31,035 nucleotides of DNA from Pseudomonadota bacterium (lineage in GTDB: Bacteria > UBA10199 > 2-02-FULL-44-16 > JAAZCA01), in assembly GCA_043822785.1 (NCBI GenBank), contig JBDRBN010000123.1:1-31035 (forward strand), written 5' to 3'. A program made the position numbers and the translations under genes. This document shows, piece by piece, positions 1 through 8,369 of this stretch (its first letter is position 1; the number at the start of each line of letters is the position of its first letter). The notes under the pieces are model-generated. The model was not told the origin of the DNA and made no database searches. It was given only the letters and a program-made list of their open reading frames with translations.

Positions 1-71
1 AGCGAAGCAATCCCCTTATAACCTGTGTTTGCGGGAGATTGCTTCGTCGCTAAACGCTCCTCGCAATGACA
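1..71. repeat. REP-like palindromic element (GTCATTGCGAG...GAAGCAATC family), truncated by window start
   Basis: cgaagcaatc...gattgcttcg inverted repeat ending ctcgcaatgaca; same motifs at 9960-10065 and 23467-23498. Confidence 0.8.
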
Positions 72-239
72 CCTAGACATGAGAAAAATGAATTCTTATA
101 TTTCAACCAGTTAACACCTCTAACGCGACAGCAGTGCAAACACTGGATTAAAGAGGTTTGTTTGGAATTTGGGTTTTTCCGCCGGAGGCGGATCAGCGTC
201 TGGCTGAGGAATTTGGTGCTTGGAATTTGGAGTTTGTCT

Positions 240-422
240 TTAGACTAGGTCTATCTCGATTACCCCATTAAACGTCTGTTCCTCTTCTTCAGTATCCCCA
301 TCCCCATCCCTTTGGACCCTTTCAGGCGGAAATAGAGGAAGGCGAAGGCAAGGGCGGTCGTCAAGCTCCTTTTCCTTCCTTAGCTTCTCAATTACCTCTG
401 CTGGAAGCATCTTTTCCTTCAC
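240..422 (-). CDS. Small hypothetical protein (60 aa) with acidic tract and C-terminal GVIEIDLV
   Basis: GTG start preceded by GGAGG RBS and by a GCAAC-N14-GCCGATAA motif at 441-467. Confidence 0.7.
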   Translation of the reverse strand: MKEKMLPAEVIEKLRKEKELDDRPCLRLPLFPPERVQRDGDGDTEEEEQTFNGVIEIDLV

Positions 423-440
423 AATTCCCTCCTACTATTA

Positions 441-467
441 TTATCGGCAGAAACCCTAAAAAGTTGC
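441..467 (-). promoter_or_regulatory. Sigma28-like promoter GCAAC-N14-GCCGATAA
   Basis: Perfect FliA-type -10 (GCCGATAA); the same architecture recurs at 5040-5066 and 13738-13764. Confidence 0.65.
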
Positions 468-603
468 TGGCATATGGAAAATTTGACGCATTTTTGAACA
501 TTATCAGAGTGAAAGCAGTTATACGAACTAGGAAGCAGGCTTCACTAGATCATAACCCGATGAAACAACTAATATATTTTGATATTCCGCTTTGGCAGAA
601 AAT

Positions 604-619
604 CGGTACAGAAAATGCA
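604..619 (+). promoter_or_regulatory. Possible sigma54 promoter CGGTACAGAAAATGCA
   Basis: GG-N10-GC spacing, ending ~13 nt before ATG 632; imperfect match to TGGCAC-N5-TTGC. Confidence 0.3.
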
Positions 620-631
620 AATGCCACAAGC

Positions 632-1567
632 ATGTCTAAGAGCGCTTACTCATTTGTCTGTCTTGTTGCGATTTGCTCATTCCTCTTAATGCTCACTGAT
701 GCGTCTGCGAGGGCTCAGGGCGTAAGGATAATTGAGGTATCAGAAGCAGCCGTACAAAAGTCAGAAGAATGGACAAAGGATAAAGCAGAGGAAGAAAAGC
801 TGAGTAAAAAGTGCGACGAGGCGACTGCTTCCTATATTGAAGCCAGAGAAACTTTGGACGATTGGCTTAATGACCTGGAGAACGTTGTGGTAGTAAATCA
901 ACTCATCAAACTAAAGGAAGATTTAGAAAAAGAGAAAAATATACCAAAGGAATGCAGCGCTGAGATAAAAAAGACCATTGAGAGCTTGATCACCAAGAGC
1001 TTTGATGTGAAGACCGGTTCTGTGGACTGGGATAAGGTGAATATGGCGGCATCTCACATGGAGAAAGAGCTCATACCCATATATAAGTATATAAGTGATA
1101 CGGCAGAGCTTGTGTGCGAAGAATGTAGTTACAGACCAGCCAAATTAAAGAACGATCCAATCGAGTGCAGTGCATCTGATTTGCAAAAAAACTTAAGCGA
1201 CAAGATCGCTTCCTGCCAGGATGCCATTAAAAAATATGAGCGCGAAAAAGACATGCTCATCTATAAGAGAGATATGTGCCTGCAAAAGAGAAAGATTGAG
1301 CGCATGGATATGATACTTTTTTGGTTTCAGGGCCGGTCTGACATGCCACTTACGTGCGCTGTTGAGATCAAAGATTTCATAGATGATCTAAAAGAGAGTC
1401 AAGACGAGCGACGGCCTTTGGCGCATGAGCTTACAATAATGGAAACGATGTGCGGCAAGGGCCTCTTTACAGTATACAGGCGCTTTGGATCTGCAGTATC
1501 ATCTGCGTGTGAGTCATGCGAAGGATATGATCCCACCCTAGAGAAAGATGGCATAGACTGTTTTTAA
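632..1567 (+). CDS. Secreted Cys-containing helical hypothetical protein with two internal repeats
   Basis: Long ORF (track 464-1567); a signal peptide MSKSAYSFVCLVAICSFLLMLTDASARA suggests start at 632. Confidence 0.75.
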   Translation: MSKSAYSFVCLVAICSFLLMLTDASARAQGVRIIEVSEAAVQKSEEWTKDKAEEEKLSKKCDEATASYIEARETLDDWLNDLENVVVVNQLIKLKEDLEKEKNIPKECSAEIKKTIESLITKSFDVKTGSVDWDKVNMAASHMEKELIPIYKYISDTAELVCEECSYRPAKLKNDPIECSASDLQKNLSDKIASCQDAIKKYEREKDMLIYKRDMCLQKRKIERMDMILFWFQGRSDMPLTCAVEIKDFIDDLKESQDERRPLAHELTIMETMCGKGLFTVYRRFGSAVSSACESCEGYDPTLEKDGIDCF

Positions 1568-1578
1568 AAGGAAAATAT

Positions 1579-2187
1579 ATGCTGATCGGCGTGATGAGCG
1601 ATACGCACGGGAACCTAAACTATATGCAGAGGGCTGCATACCTCATGGTCTATGAATTCGGCGTGGAGGCAATAATCCATCTCGGTGATGATTATGCAGA
1701 TGCTATTAAGATGGATACTCACGGCCGCGTCCTTTTTGCTGTGCCTGGTATGTTTGAGAAAGCATGGAATGATAAAAACATACCGCACCGTCTTATCAAA
1801 GAATTTGGCGGCATCGTGTTCATGCTAAGCCATACTCCAGCTCGCGACAAACACGACAAGGGTGGTGATATAAATCCGGCAAGGGCGCTTTCGGATTATG
1901 GGGCGGATGTGCTTTTGCACGGTCACACGCACATCCACAGGCTAATAGGATCTGAAGACGGCCTCATTCTTATCTGCCCGGGTCAGCTCAAGGCAGAAAA
2001 AGACAGAGGCTTTCCTGCAGGATTTGCGATCATAGATGCAAAACGCCCCAATCTCTATGTGCGGTTTGTGGATTTGTATGGCAAGGTTTTGGAAGAGCAA
2101 CATGCTCGCGTAAAACACGCAGATGAATTCGATGCCATGGACGAAACAATAAAAGAAGAGATTTCATCTGACGAAACTTCGGTGTGA
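1579..2187 (+). CDS. YfcE/MJ0936-like metallophosphoesterase
   Basis: SDTHGN, HLGDD and GHTH calcineurin-like motifs; the usual GN(C/H)D is replaced by GMFE. Confidence 0.9.
   Translation: MLIGVMSDTHGNLNYMQRAAYLMVYEFGVEAIIHLGDDYADAIKMDTHGRVLFAVPGMFEKAWNDKNIPHRLIKEFGGIVFMLSHTPARDKHDKGGDINPARALSDYGADVLLHGHTHIHRLIGSEDGLILICPGQLKAEKDRGFPAGFAIIDAKRPNLYVRFVDLYGKVLEEQHARVKHADEFDAMDETIKEEISSDETSV
2008..2062 (+). repeat. Copy A of 55-bp direct repeat (inside phosphoesterase gene)
   Basis: 51/55 identical to 3284-3338 by manual alignment. Confidence 0.95.
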
Positions 2188-3189
2188 TTATGGTGGTGTT
2201 AGGTTTGTCCAAGCAAAGGCGCCACAACCTCCTACTTCTGGATTGCTACGATCAGCACTTGTATTTCCCTGAGCTGCTTCTTGTGTTGGCTCCCAAAATG
2301 CAATTTGGCAATAGTAGGTGTTATCATTATAAAAGGTCCAATCAAATCTTGACCAGGTGCCTCCTACTGTTTCTTGTGTTACCAAAAATTCTTCCTCATT
2401 ATTAACAAAGAAAATATTATGAACAACTGTCCCAAACCAAACTGAGGTCATCGTCCACGCTGTACTTGTAATTTCATGTGCATCCCCCCAAGCATCAATA
2501 TAGTTTCCGATTATATCTGAATCCTGCATGTCAAATAGACATCCACCTGATTCTTCGTGATAATCTGTTGCACAACTGTCACAAAGATCTCCTATATAAC
2601 CTGCATCACATACACATACACCTAAAGTGCAAGCTCCATGATTATTGCAATCTGCAGCTTGGGAGCATTCATCAACAACGCATTGATCATTTTCCTCATG
2701 GTAACTTTCTGCACATTCACCACATAGCGTTCCTGAATAGCCGGCATAGCATGTGCATTCGCTTGAAATACATTCTCCATTATCATTGCAATCTAAATTA
2801 AGTTCACATGCATCAAGAACACATGCATCTGCTGAGACATGATATCCCTCGTTGCATGCATCGCAAAGAGTTCCTATATACCCTTCATCGCAGACACATT
2901 TGCCTAAAACACATCCTCCATTGGTGTTACAATCAGAATCAGTAATGCATGTATCAATAATACATTCATCATTTGCCATATGATAACCTGCCGCACAATT
3001 GTCACAAAAATGTCCTGTATAACCCGTATCACATATACAAACCGCATCAGAACAGACCTCATGTTCAGAGCAAGTTATGCCGTCGCATAGATCTCCACCC
3101 TCAAAAAGACAACTTGTAAGAGCTGACATTAAGAAAAAGGAGAATAAAACCGCAACGCAAACTAATGTAAAATTACATTTAGTTTTCAT
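2188..3189 (-). CDS. Lipoprotein with four laminin-type EGF-like (8-Cys) repeats and a C-terminal Trp/Cys domain
   Basis: Signal with lipobox LTSC from ATG 3189; ~47-aa repeats of pattern CxCxxGYxGxxCxxCxxxYH. Confidence 0.9.
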   Translation of the reverse strand: MKTKCNFTLVCVAVLFSFFLMSALTSCLFEGGDLCDGITCSEHEVCSDAVCICDTGYTGHFCDNCAAGYHMANDECIIDTCITDSDCNTNGGCVLGKCVCDEGYIGTLCDACNEGYHVSADACVLDACELNLDCNDNGECISSECTCYAGYSGTLCGECAESYHEENDQCVVDECSQAADCNNHGACTLGVCVCDAGYIGDLCDSCATDYHEESGGCLFDMQDSDIIGNYIDAWGDAHEITSTAWTMTSVWFGTVVHNIFFVNNEEEFLVTQETVGGTWSRFDWTFYNDNTYYCQIAFWEPTQEAAQGNTSADRSNPEVGGCGAFAWTNLTPP

Positions 3190-3195
3190 ACAGTT

Positions 3196-3224
3196 ATTAT
3201 ACACTAATTTTTTTAGTTTGTCTT
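3196..3224 (-). promoter_or_regulatory. Sigma70 promoter AAGACA-N17-TATAAT, probably leaderless
   Basis: TATAAT ends 6 nt before ATG 3189; no RBS visible. Confidence 0.6.
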
Positions 3225-3283
3225 TGCTGGATCGCCAGGCTTGGAGAAAATACATGACAGATATAAAATGTAGCAGGGACATG

Positions 3284-3338
3284 GGCTTTCCTGCAGGGTT
3301 TGCGATCATAGATGCAAAACGCCCCAGGCTTTATGTGC
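3284..3338 (+). repeat. Copy B of 55-bp direct repeat; remnant of a phosphoesterase 3' region
   Basis: Encodes GFPAGFAIIDAKRPRLYV vs GFPAGFAIIDAKRPNLYV in copy A; frame stays open to stop at 3364. Confidence 0.95.
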
Positions 3339-4059
3339 TGAGCCTTTCTCGCTTCAGAAGATAATCTAAGTTTTCATCCTCCCATTTTTTTGCTTGGTCG
3401 AGCATGGGAAAATTTCTTTCCATTTCCCTAAATTGTCTGGTGTGTGACCTCCACTGGCCGTTCGCGCTCTTCTTTGGAACTACATGATGACACATCTCGT
3501 GAAACACCACCGCCTCCACCACATATTTGGGCACGCGCTGCCGATCCAGGTTGGGATGTATGACTATGGTTTTCTCTCTTGCGCAGTAGCTGCCAAGCGT
3601 TATGTGGCGCGATTTTCTCCAGCGCCGCCTTGTAGGTGGCCGGCTTCTGCCCCAGGTGATGGCTGCATCCACCTTTTTCTCAAAGTGTAACTCGTTGAGG
3701 TCGTACATTATTTGAGAAAGATCAAAATACTTGCCTACAGGCTTAACCTTTCTCTTACGCAGCTCATTCGAAATGGCGTTTTGTGCGGCCCACCCTTCAA
3801 AATAATCCCATAGCATTTGCCGCTGCGCATGTTTTTTGCGGCCCGTAAAGCTTGCGATGACCTTTAATACCTCGTCAGGCGCAGACGCAAAGCAGCGGTG
3901 CATGCGGATGGAGAGGGCTCCATACCTCTTTTGCATGGTTAACATGGTGCTTCGGTTATTGGTAAGTACTACGTTTGGCTTTGAACCCAACAACGCGGCA
4001 AGCCTATCTGCCACATCGTGCTCAGTACCATGCGTGAATTGGAAGGTTTGTTGAAACAT
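3331..4059 (-). CDS. SprT-like/YgjP-like zincin metalloprotease
   Basis: LGSY...I.IHP.LD, HEMCH and downstream HT..F..ME motifs. Confidence 0.85.
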   Translation of the reverse strand: MFQQTFQFTHGTEHDVADRLAALLGSKPNVVLTNNRSTMLTMQKRYGALSIRMHRCFASAPDEVLKVIASFTGRKKHAQRQMLWDYFEGWAAQNAISNELRKRKVKPVGKYFDLSQIMYDLNELHFEKKVDAAITWGRSRPPTRRRWRKSRHITLGSYCAREKTIVIHPNLDRQRVPKYVVEAVVFHEMCHHVVPKKSANGQWRSHTRQFREMERNFPMLDQAKKWEDENLDYLLKRERLST

Positions 4060-4064
4060 ATTTC

Positions 4065-4101
4065 AGTGACCAGCAACCAGGGTCTTGTTTTGCTGGTCAC
4101 T
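4065..4101. repeat. 12-bp inverted repeat built from AGTGACC heptamer units
   Basis: agtgaccagcaa / ttgctggtcact; same unit at 18753-18829. Confidence 0.75.
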
Positions 4102-5014
4102 ATTTCCTTATATAAAATTCGTTAGAATATACTGGTGGAATTCCAAAATCTTTACTCGTAAAAAACACCAGTCGGTATTTTCCAAGACCTTGATCCTCTG
4201 GCACGTTCCATGTAAACGTTGTGTACTCGCCCACCCTGAGCTTTGTAGTTTTTTTCTCTTTAAGAAGATTTTTTCTTTCTCTCCAATCACCCTTACGAAA
4301 ACGCTCGTACCACACATTCTTTATAAATTTTAATGTGTCGTAATCGTTGTTTGTTATCTTTATTTGAGCTTCGCTGCCTGGCGCATAAGCGTTTTTGTCA
4401 GTAACTGCAGTCCATGCGGCATTAAGGTTATTCTCTGTTCCCATAAGAACTCTTTGCTTTGGTTTGGCACCCATCCATGTACGATGTGGTCCTATATCTG
4501 CATGAACAAAGGCAAAGATAGGATAGAATCCCACGCCGCCAACCTTTAAACCTTTGAGATAGTCAAACAGCGTTTCCTCACTCACCTCATCCAGATGTAT
4601 ATCCCCAGCTAATCCCTTTTTGTGAAGTGATTCGCTGGCTGCGCCCCTGCCATTTTCAATAAGGGTGCTATTGTATCCAGGGCTTCGATACCCTGAGATG
4701 AGTTCCACTGTTTCAGCTTCAAAATGATCTTGAAGGTGATCTAAAAGTTCAATGAGCTGCACATCGATCTTGTAGGTTTTGCCATCCATGCGCGATCTCA
4801 TAATGTAATCTATCTTCTTGAGAGCATCCTGATTGTATTTATTGTCCTCGCGATATGTGATCTCTAGATAATCCTTTTCATGATAGTTAAAGATGGCGAT
4901 GCGACCGTCATTTAAGAGCTTCTTGCCTTTTACAAGGCTTGCATTTGCAAAGGGGGTAGAAACCAAGAATATTCCAACAGCTAACACGCTGATATAATTA
5001 AAGTTTTTTCTCAT
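4100..5014 (-). CDS. DUF882/YcbK (peptidase M15, MepK-like) protein with C-terminal beta-sandwich extension
   Basis: Signal peptide; ISGYRS..YN, S.H..G.A.DI, GGVGFY and FVHADIG motifs; extra ~120-aa domain starting TDKNAYAPG. Confidence 0.88.
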   Translation of the reverse strand: MRKNFNYISVLAVGIFLVSTPFANASLVKGKKLLNDGRIAIFNYHEKDYLEITYREDNKYNQDALKKIDYIMRSRMDGKTYKIDVQLIELLDHLQDHFEAETVELISGYRSPGYNSTLIENGRGAASESLHKKGLAGDIHLDEVSEETLFDYLKGLKVGGVGFYPIFAFVHADIGPHRTWMGAKPKQRVLMGTENNLNAAWTAVTDKNAYAPGSEAQIKITNNDYDTLKFIKNVWYERFRKGDWRERKNLLKEKKTTKLRVGEYTTFTWNVPEDQGLGKYRLVFFTSKDFGIPPVYSNEFYIRK

Positions 5015-5039
5015 AAGGCCTCGGCTGCACAGTTTTCAC

Positions 5040-5066
5040 GAAACATTTTTCAGCTACAGCCGATAT
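5040..5066 (+). promoter_or_regulatory. Sigma28-like promoter GAAAC-N14-GCCGATAT
   Basis: Directly upstream of 5078 ORF; same spacing as the other copies. Confidence 0.6.
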
Positions 5067-5077
5067 ATAGCTCAGAG

Positions 5078-5641
5078 GTGATAATGAGAGCAACTGTTGC
5101 ATCCACAATACTATTTATCCTTACAGCACTTTTTGTGACCGCTGTTTCAGCTCCTTTGGAATCGGCTGTAGAGCGTCCATCCCCTTTTAAGTATTCGGGC
5201 GATGGTTGCTTATCCCTCATAGACGTACATACAGGCGAGGCGATCTCTGTGGTGTACAGGGATAAAAGGGGTCAGTATCAGGATTCAGCGCTAGAGGCCA
5301 TTGACCATACGCTGCGCTGTCACGGCAGCGGCCAGGAGCTTCCCATTTCCTTAAAGCTCATCGAGCTCGTAGATCATATTCAGGATCACTTTGATACAGA
5401 CCAGATCAAGGTGGTTTCAGGGTATCGCAGTTTTGCCTATAACAGTAGTTTGCGCCGCAGGCTCAGGCGCGTGGCCCACGACAGCCTACACATCCAGGGC
5501 ATGGCCATGGATATCAATCTTCCTAGAGTGCATAAAGGAGAGTTGGGTTTATTTGCCAGGGCGTTAAAAGCAGGCGGAGTCGGCGTTTACCGTTCAAGCA
5601 CCTTTGTGCATGTGGATGTGGGGCCGGTTAGAAATTGGTAA
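5078..5641 (+). CDS. DUF882/YcbK (peptidase M15, MepK-like) protein
   Basis: VSGYRS, SLHIQGMAMDI, GGVGVY and FVHVDVGPVRNW motifs; start may be ATG 5084. Confidence 0.92.
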   Translation: MIMRATVASTILFILTALFVTAVSAPLESAVERPSPFKYSGDGCLSLIDVHTGEAISVVYRDKRGQYQDSALEAIDHTLRCHGSGQELPISLKLIELVDHIQDHFDTDQIKVVSGYRSFAYNSSLRRRLRRVAHDSLHIQGMAMDINLPRVHKGELGLFARALKAGGVGVYRSSTFVHVDVGPVRNW

Positions 5642-5782
5642 TTATAAATTTCAAGCACTAAGTACCAAATTCCAAACAATTCAGATTGCCATATATTTGA
5701 CGTTATTTTTTTGATTATCAAATTGAGTGATTTCTTTTAGATCCTTCCTTAATAATTTCAATAACATATGTAGTTTGGGATA

Positions 5783-5798
5783 CGGCACGCTACTTGCT
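5783..5798 (+). promoter_or_regulatory. Sigma54 promoter CGGCACGCTACTTGCT
   Basis: Close match to YGGCACG-N4-TTGCW with an AT-rich upstream region; 40 nt before the 5839 start. Confidence 0.7.
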
Positions 5799-5838
5799 CA
5801 TAAGTTAACTGCTAACTTCTTTATTAAGGAGGCGTGCC

Positions 5839-7095
5839 ATGAAGATAAGAGTGTTTATTATCATTGTAATGCTCATCGCGTTTTACCCGTTTATTGGAGG
5901 AAACAAGGGCTGCGGTGGGGCAATACAGTTCGGCGGAGATGAAGGTGTGGAGTTGGCAGGGGAAGAAGAACCTGGTGAGAGCATATCCATTGATACTGCT
6001 GTACCTGGCCCAGAGGTAGAGGTTGCACAGGGCGAAGCAGCAGAAGAGGTGGCTTCAGGAACTGAGAATATCCTAAAATTCAAACCCGAAGAACCAGAAG
6101 ATCAAGAAAAGGTAGAGAGAAGGGTGCCTGAGTGTGCGACATTCCTTCCTGCTAATATGGACCTATATGTAGTTGTGGACCCAAGGCTGGGAAATGAGGG
6201 CAGAAAGTCTTTGGAAGAGCTGGGCCTGTTAAACAGGCTAGAATACCTGTCTAGGCTAAGCATGAACCTTTTGAAGGCAAAAGACATGCCTCTCGACATG
6301 ACATCTGTTTGCGGGGCATGCAGGCTTTCCAAGGATAAAATCGACAAGACAGACTTAAACCTACTGGATTGTGATGAATTTGCATTTGTGAATGTGTTTT
6401 CTAAAGATTTTAAGATGATCGATGTAGTTGCAGTGGATGATGCTGGCAATAAAATTATGGATGAAAAGATAAGGGCTTATAAGCCAGCCGAAAGAGTTTT
6501 GATAGTTGCCACTGCGAGCATGCAAGAAGACATCTTCATAGATGATGAACAAAAAATCCCCCTAGGCATGGCATCGCCTTCAACATTTATCCTTATGGGG
6601 AAAAGTGCTCCGATCAGGACGCTTCGAGCAGATCCTGTGATTCAGTTGTTTATGCCCATGTATCTAAAGGCTGGCTTTGAATTTCCGGCTGAAATTGTTA
6701 GCGCGTTAGATTTTAATGAAAGGGTTAAGATGAGCAGCCTGATGTCTGAAGATCAAGAAAACAGAATGAAGATTTATATGGAATTGCCCTACGAGGAATA
6801 CGCCTTTGAAATTAAAAAGATTAGCGATGAGGAGCGCGCATCTCCCTTGGAGAATGCACCTACGGCACCCACAATAGAACGGGAACGTAGCCTAGAAAGG
6901 GCTCCTACAATAGAACAACCAAGCAACATACAGAGGGCGCCCAGCGCCACTACTATAGAGAGATCAAGCAGCATAGAACGTTCTGTAGAACAACCCACTG
7001 TTTCCGAACCCCCGATCAATATTAAAACGACAAATGAGGTTGAAGCGCCAAGGCCCACATTGGAAAGGCGTTCGATCGAGCGGACTAATCAATAA
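5839..7095 (+). CDS. Hypothetical exported protein/lipoprotein with C-terminal (T/S)IER repeats
   Basis: AAGGAGG RBS; hydrophobic N-terminus followed by KGC; acidic linker; low-complexity tail. Confidence 0.8.
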   Translation: MKIRVFIIIVMLIAFYPFIGGNKGCGGAIQFGGDEGVELAGEEEPGESISIDTAVPGPEVEVAQGEAAEEVASGTENILKFKPEEPEDQEKVERRVPECATFLPANMDLYVVVDPRLGNEGRKSLEELGLLNRLEYLSRLSMNLLKAKDMPLDMTSVCGACRLSKDKIDKTDLNLLDCDEFAFVNVFSKDFKMIDVVAVDDAGNKIMDEKIRAYKPAERVLIVATASMQEDIFIDDEQKIPLGMASPSTFILMGKSAPIRTLRADPVIQLFMPMYLKAGFEFPAEIVSALDFNERVKMSSLMSEDQENRMKIYMELPYEEYAFEIKKISDEERASPLENAPTAPTIERERSLERAPTIEQPSNIQRAPSATTIERSSSIERSVEQPTVSEPPINIKTTNEVEAPRPTLERRSIERTNQ

Positions 7096-7110
7096 AAAAA
7101 CAATTATAAC

Positions 7111-7147
7111 AAAAAGGCCCCCCAACGATCTTTTGGGGGCCTTTTTT
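7111..7147. terminator. Bidirectional intrinsic terminator
   Basis: aaaaaggcccccc...gggggccttttt between convergent genes. Confidence 0.85.
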
Positions 7148-7598
7148 ATATGGCCATATCCAGGGTATCTAGCATGATCGTAACAGGACCGTCATTGATT
7201 AGAGCCACTTCCATGTGCGCAGCGAATTTGCCGGTCTTTACAGACACACCTTCTTCTTGGCACAGCTCACAGAATTTCTCAAATAGACGGGCCCCATCTT
7301 CAGGCTTTGCGGCTTTATCAAAAGATGGCCTTTTGCCCTTTTTGCAGTCTGCTGCCAAAGTGAATTGAGATACAGCAAGGATTTCAGCTTCCACATCCAG
7401 CACTGATAAATTCATCTTGCCTTGAGAATCTTCAAATATGCGAAGCCCGCAGACTTTTTTAGCAAGCCATGCAGCGTGCTTTTCGCAGTCGCCCTTTTCC
7501 ACACCTACAAGTACCAATAGCCCTGGGCCTATACTGGCAATCACCTCTTTGCCAACTGTAACTGATGCTTGCGTTGTTCTTTGAATTAAGGCTTTCAT
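7146..7598 (-). CDS. dtd: D-aminoacyl-tRNA deacylase
   Basis: MKALIQR start; LRIFED..GKMN, VSQFTL and NDGPVT motifs. Confidence 0.97.
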   Translation of the reverse strand: MKALIQRTTQASVTVGKEVIASIGPGLLVLVGVEKGDCEKHAAWLAKKVCGLRIFEDSQGKMNLSVLDVEAEILAVSQFTLAADCKKGKRPSFDKAAKPEDGARLFEKFCELCQEEGVSVKTGKFAAHMEVALINDGPVTIMLDTLDMAI

Positions 7599-7682
7599 AA
7601 GCATAAATCGTACCCCACAGCTCATAATTCGTAAACCTCAAAGGGTTGACTATACCCGCTGCATATGTGTTAGAGACTAAGC

Positions 7683-8273
7683 ATGAAGAACATCATCGTA
7701 TTTGACATAGAGACCAAGGATGCTTTTTCCGATGTGGGCGGAAGAAGCTGGTTTGAGAAGCTCGAGATATCTGTACTCGGTGCATATGATTATGAAACAG
7801 ATGAACTCATCGCTTTTGAGGAGCATGAGCTTGACAAGTTTGCAGATAGGTTGTCCAGGCGGCCGCTTTTGGTTGGGTTCAATAGCCGCTGCTTTGATAC
7901 CCCCATCCTTCAAAAATATATAAAATTTGATTTAAGAAAGCTCCCCCAACTCGACATAATGGAAGAGCTAACAAAAACCCTTGGGCATAGGGTTGCGCTC
8001 GATAGCGTTGCAAGGGCTACGCTTTCGGTTCAAAAGAGCGGGAGCGGTCTTAAAGCCATAAGGCTATGGAGGGAAGGGCAACTTGATGAGCTCAAAAAGT
8101 ATTGCTTGGACGATGTTCGGATTACCAAAGATATTTTTGAATACGGTGCTGCACACGGCGAGCTCTTCTATGTTCCTAAATTTGGCCCAGGCCGTGCAAG
8201 GGTGCCTGTTGCTTGGCAAATAAAACACCCTGACGAGAAAGAAAGCGATTCTGCACAGCAAACCCTGTTCTAG
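7683..8273 (+). CDS. Stand-alone RNase H-like/DEDD 3'-5' exonuclease domain protein (YprB/MrfB-like)
   Basis: FDIET, GFN...FD.P.L and YCLDDV..T motifs. Confidence 0.88.
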   Translation: MKNIIVFDIETKDAFSDVGGRSWFEKLEISVLGAYDYETDELIAFEEHELDKFADRLSRRPLLVGFNSRCFDTPILQKYIKFDLRKLPQLDIMEELTKTLGHRVALDSVARATLSVQKSGSGLKAIRLWREGQLDELKKYCLDDVRITKDIFEYGAAHGELFYVPKFGPGRARVPVAWQIKHPDEKESDSAQQTLF

Positions 8274-8317
8274 CAAGCAAGGCGAGAAACGCCAGCAACG
8301 CGAGAAACGTTGCTTGC
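8273..8317. repeat. 9-mer tandem repeat (GCGAGAAAC-like) cluster
   Basis: gcaagcaag gcgagaaac gccagcaac gcgagaaac gttgcttgc; related clusters at 17642-17677 and 23425-23460. Confidence 0.75.
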
Positions 8318-8318
8318 A

Positions 8319-8347
8319 TTGACATCACTGCTTTTCGCAGCTAGCAT
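8319..8347 (+). promoter_or_regulatory. Sigma70 promoter TTGACA-N17-TAGCAT
   Basis: Perfect -35, 17-nt spacer, TAnnnT -10 upstream of 8370. Confidence 0.65.
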
Positions 8348-8369
8348 CACTGAATTCGAGGTTTAACAT

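Noticed and set aside
464..631. Extended N-termini from the ORF track (also 3190-3309, 7599-7625, 13017-13058, 25162-25242)
   Set aside because: Signal peptides, RBS or promoter positions and family starts support the downstream ATGs
2008..3338. Diversity-generating retroelement TR/VR pair
   Set aside because: Mismatches are not confined to adenines (T/G and C/T changes occur) and no reverse transcriptase is in the window; the same applies to the 26611/30103 pair
3077..3364. 95-aa plus-strand ORF as a real gene
   Set aside because: Mostly antisense to the EGF gene; only its last ~27 codons are meaningful as the duplicated fragment
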